From Lepidodermella squamata (taxonomy: Eukaryota > Animalia > Gastrotricha), in the NCBI GenBank assembly GCA_047495785.1, contig JBLDXI010000010.1, positions 2,108,001 through 2,172,000 of the forward strand: DNA of 64,000 nt, written 5' to 3'. Positions 60,936-64,000 of the stretch are shown here, one piece after another (position 1 is the stretch's first letter; the number at the start of each line of letters is the position of its first letter). Made by a program: the position numbers and the translations under genes. Below the pieces are notes generated by a model that worked only from the letters and a program-made list of their open reading frames with translations, made no database searches and was not told where the DNA came from.

Positions 60936-63708
60936 GAAAATCAATTTATAATCAAATTATTTATTTTTAAATATATTGAATATTATAAATAATAAATATA
61001 CTGAATCACCTTCATCCGTTTGATTTTCTAACGGCAGTGCTAAATTACTTTGAAATGTATTGAATGCTCATGAATCAACCTTGGAATTAGCATGGAATTA
61101 GCATAGCGGAATTAGGCATTGAATATTTTATCAAGATATTCCTCTCGGCAAGACCAGTGTATGAAATATTCGCAGCGCAGGAGTTTCAGCCCCCGTTAAT
61201 TTTTTCAATTTTTTCCAGTTTAAAAAACACGACATTTTTTTGAAAATAGTATATGTTTCGTATAACTACTTGTTCATAATGTGCGAAATCTCGCTAAAAG
61301 AAACCAGATATTGCAGAAATTACCGAGGAATCATGATATGATCAATGATGTCTCCTAGTCACATGAATCGGTAAGATGTTTCGACGACAAGTAGTCCAAT
61401 CAAGGCATTTTACGATTTTCCAAAAAATACGGAAAATTTATTACCTTTCTTTTGCTTATGATCACTTTTTATTCGCATATTTTGCATAAAATGAGAAGTT
61501 GCTTGAGTTAAAATATGCTGAAACCATAGCAGGCGGCCGATAGTAAAAGGTTCAAATTTATTTTACGAGTAATTCCCAATGAAATAGCAGGCCAAAGTAA
61601 AAGAGCATTATTTTACGAGTAAATTTTTTTGTGAACGAAACGCAACATACGAACAAATACGAAATAGCCGTACTGTATTTATTATTTATCTATGGAATCC
61701 CCCAAAATAAAATGGGCATAAAGAATAACGAATAATAATAGCTATTTACGACTTGTGTTGTAACAATTTACGGCATTCAGCGTGTCCCATAAGTAACGCG
61801 AGAGAAGAAAATACACCAGAAAGACTTCGGAAAATCTTAGATGAGAGACCAAGTCACATCTCAAGGCCAGAAAATTTTTTGAAAAATTCTAAAAATCACG
61901 AAAATAGATATCAAGTATGGCACTTGTTAATGGAAGTCCGGAGAAATTTGTTCCATGCGGGTAAAATACCGTATTTTATCGAATAGTATCCAACCTCAAA
62001 TAATAGCCACATTCCATATAGTAATATCAATGGGTCTAGTATGATCAGCTCATATAGAAAGAATGGGGGAGGTGACTAGCGTGCCAGAAGAAAATTGAGA
62101 CGTAGAGGAGAGAAAGTGCGACAACGAGGAAGATAACTACATCGCATTGATGTTGTTTAAATGTTAATTATCAAAGCGGTTCCAGAGTGGTACCGATAAG
62201 TGGCGCCCATTAGCCGTTTGTCTCAAATAAATTGTTACATGCGTCCGTTGATGAAATTCTTGAAATAGGCTTCACCTAGTTTCAATTTTGACCCCGATGA
62301 TGAGAATATTAACACAGATGAATTATAAAAAAAAATTTAGATAGTAATTTTGGGAGCGTCGTTTCACTTTGAAACTTGGTAGATTGATGATAAATTACCT
62401 GCGTAGAGGAACCATAGTTAATACTCAATTTCCTAATTATAGTTCCGAAGTATGAAATCTGATTGGTTGATTCAAAAGGCACTCGACACGCGCTATGTTT
62501 GTGAGCCCAACGCTTATCAGCATAAGCTTTTCGCGCAGAAATTGAATGAATAAACATGAGAACTGAGAGTCCGATGAGATTGAAAATATTCATAAAAAAT
62601 ATTTGAAAGGTTCAAAATTGGGCCTGCGGTTAGGGGCGCTACTCGAAGAGATCGACCTTCTAGTATCAATTGATTCCGAAAATAAACCGTAAATGTTGAA
62701 TAGCAAGCCGGGCTTATAAATTTTGAACCCATAAAAATTCTGCTACTGTTAGCAAATTCGCTACTATTTCAGCATTTAAGGTATAATGGCTACGGTGTAA
62801 ACGGCTGGGACCAGGTTGAAATGAACTATCCACTGGAGCTGTACAAAATCGGAACAACCCAGGACGCTTGATTTTAGCGCTGGAACCTCTGGAACCAGCT
62901 TTAGTTGTGCCAGTAATTATAGATTATTTGCAAAATCGAACCTACGAATCGTATTTCCCATTCCTTATCGAGGTTTCAGGTTTCATCAAGCTTTGCACCA
63001 AGGGTTTCACCGGAGGAATGTGAATAAATTTACCAGAGAAATTCCGGAGAGGTCCGATGGTAATTATTTGTTAATTATCGGTAATTTACCCGGTTGGACC
63101 GAATATCTGCGGAATTATTGTTTATGAAACGTTCCAAGAGTGATCATACTGTTTATTTCCTGGAATCGAAATTTTCTCCTGCTGTGAGATGGAACATTGC
63201 ATACCAATACCGGGAAAAATCCTATTTTTCAGTGCCCGAAATGGGGAAGGAGCACCTGTTGGAGGATGAGGATATAAGAAAAAAAGAAATAAGAATTTCG
63301 GCAATTTCGGCAATTCAAAACTATTCTCTGCTCAGGGTTAAAAATGATTCCAACTTCGAAAATTAATAAATCGGATATTTTTAGCAAAATCTATTGTGAT
63401 GAGCCCAGCCAACCTGTAAAACAGTTCGCAACGCACAAGTTCGGATAGTCATGGAAATGTCAACTCGGGCCAGGTAAGAGTAAAAATGCTCTGATGATCG
63501 TTCATTTTTACTTCAAAGTGATCCAAGTGCGAAAGATAAGAAAACACTTTCAAGTTACTATAGACTTGAAACTGAAGCTAGAATAATGGAATTGGGAAAG
63601 TCAACACGACTAAATCGCTGAATCTCAACACAAAAGGATTTGGAAGTTGAACAATTTTAAAGTGAGAGTTCGGACAGAATCGAATTGAGGGTGTCTTCAT
63701 TCCTTGAA

Positions 63709-64000
63709 TCACTCTTCAGTCTTTATGCCGGAGAGCGGCAGCTCGAACTCATCGATGGAGACCCCTCGATTCTGGCGAGCTCCCTCGACCAGAGACTGCA
63801 GGAATGCCTGTTCATCGATCATCGGATACCTCGGCACGGATCCAGCTTCGAAATCCAACATTTGTTGCAACACATGGCCACTGAGGTAGTAAAACTTGGC
63901 CGAGCCAAGTCCATTCTCACGGAGCAGGCGTTCGTGGTCAGTTTTAACTAGATGTGCGACATCATTCTTCAAACGCAGGCAAGTTGGTTCATCAAGTTCG
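63709..64000 (-). CDS. IRG-like GTPase type B, 3' part (B5, cut by window end)
   Basis: ELDEPTCLRLKNDVAHLVKTDHERLL...DEFELPLSGIKTEE*; close to the B1 C-terminus. Confidence 0.8.
   Translation of the reverse strand, partial: ELDEPTCLRLKNDVAHLVKTDHERLLRENGLGSAKFYYLSGHVLQQMLDFEAGSVPRYPMIDEQAFLQSLVEGARQNRGVSIDEFELPLSGIKTEE

Overview
Eukaryotic DNA, probably from an invertebrate metazoan (many ~48-60 nt spliceosomal introns). The window is a birth-and-death cluster of IRG-like (immunity-related p47/IIGP-type) GTPase genes in two subfamilies. Type A has a Met-Gly mini-exon 1, G1 GxxGVGKS, VSVVEGTM, DVPG and RSKAD. Type B has a hydrophobic exon 1, G1 GGxGxGKS, VGVVETT, DHPG and RSKSD. There are about 13 copies or fragments: five intact stand-alone genes, several pseudogenes, an A/B chimera and two copies cut by the window edges. 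They are repeatedly arranged head-to-head and tail-to-tail. The most striking feature is a predicted 7-exon, ~603 aa gene (49176-51422) that splices an intact NEK-like Ser/Thr kinase in frame onto a type A IRG GTPase. Transposons fill the intergenic space. They include a 5.1 kb TIR element with a RAG1/Transib-like DDE transposase, atypical CTTAGTG ends and a 2-bp TSD, and two two-gene PIF/Harbinger-like elements (one with a 7-9 bp TSD, triply nested). Also present are a MULE, a 5'-truncated RTE LINE, a Penelope remnant with a hammerhead-like motif, many MITEs and a GABA-B-like class C GPCR pseudogene. All exon structures were inferred by eye from splice signals and paralog comparison; no database searches were run.
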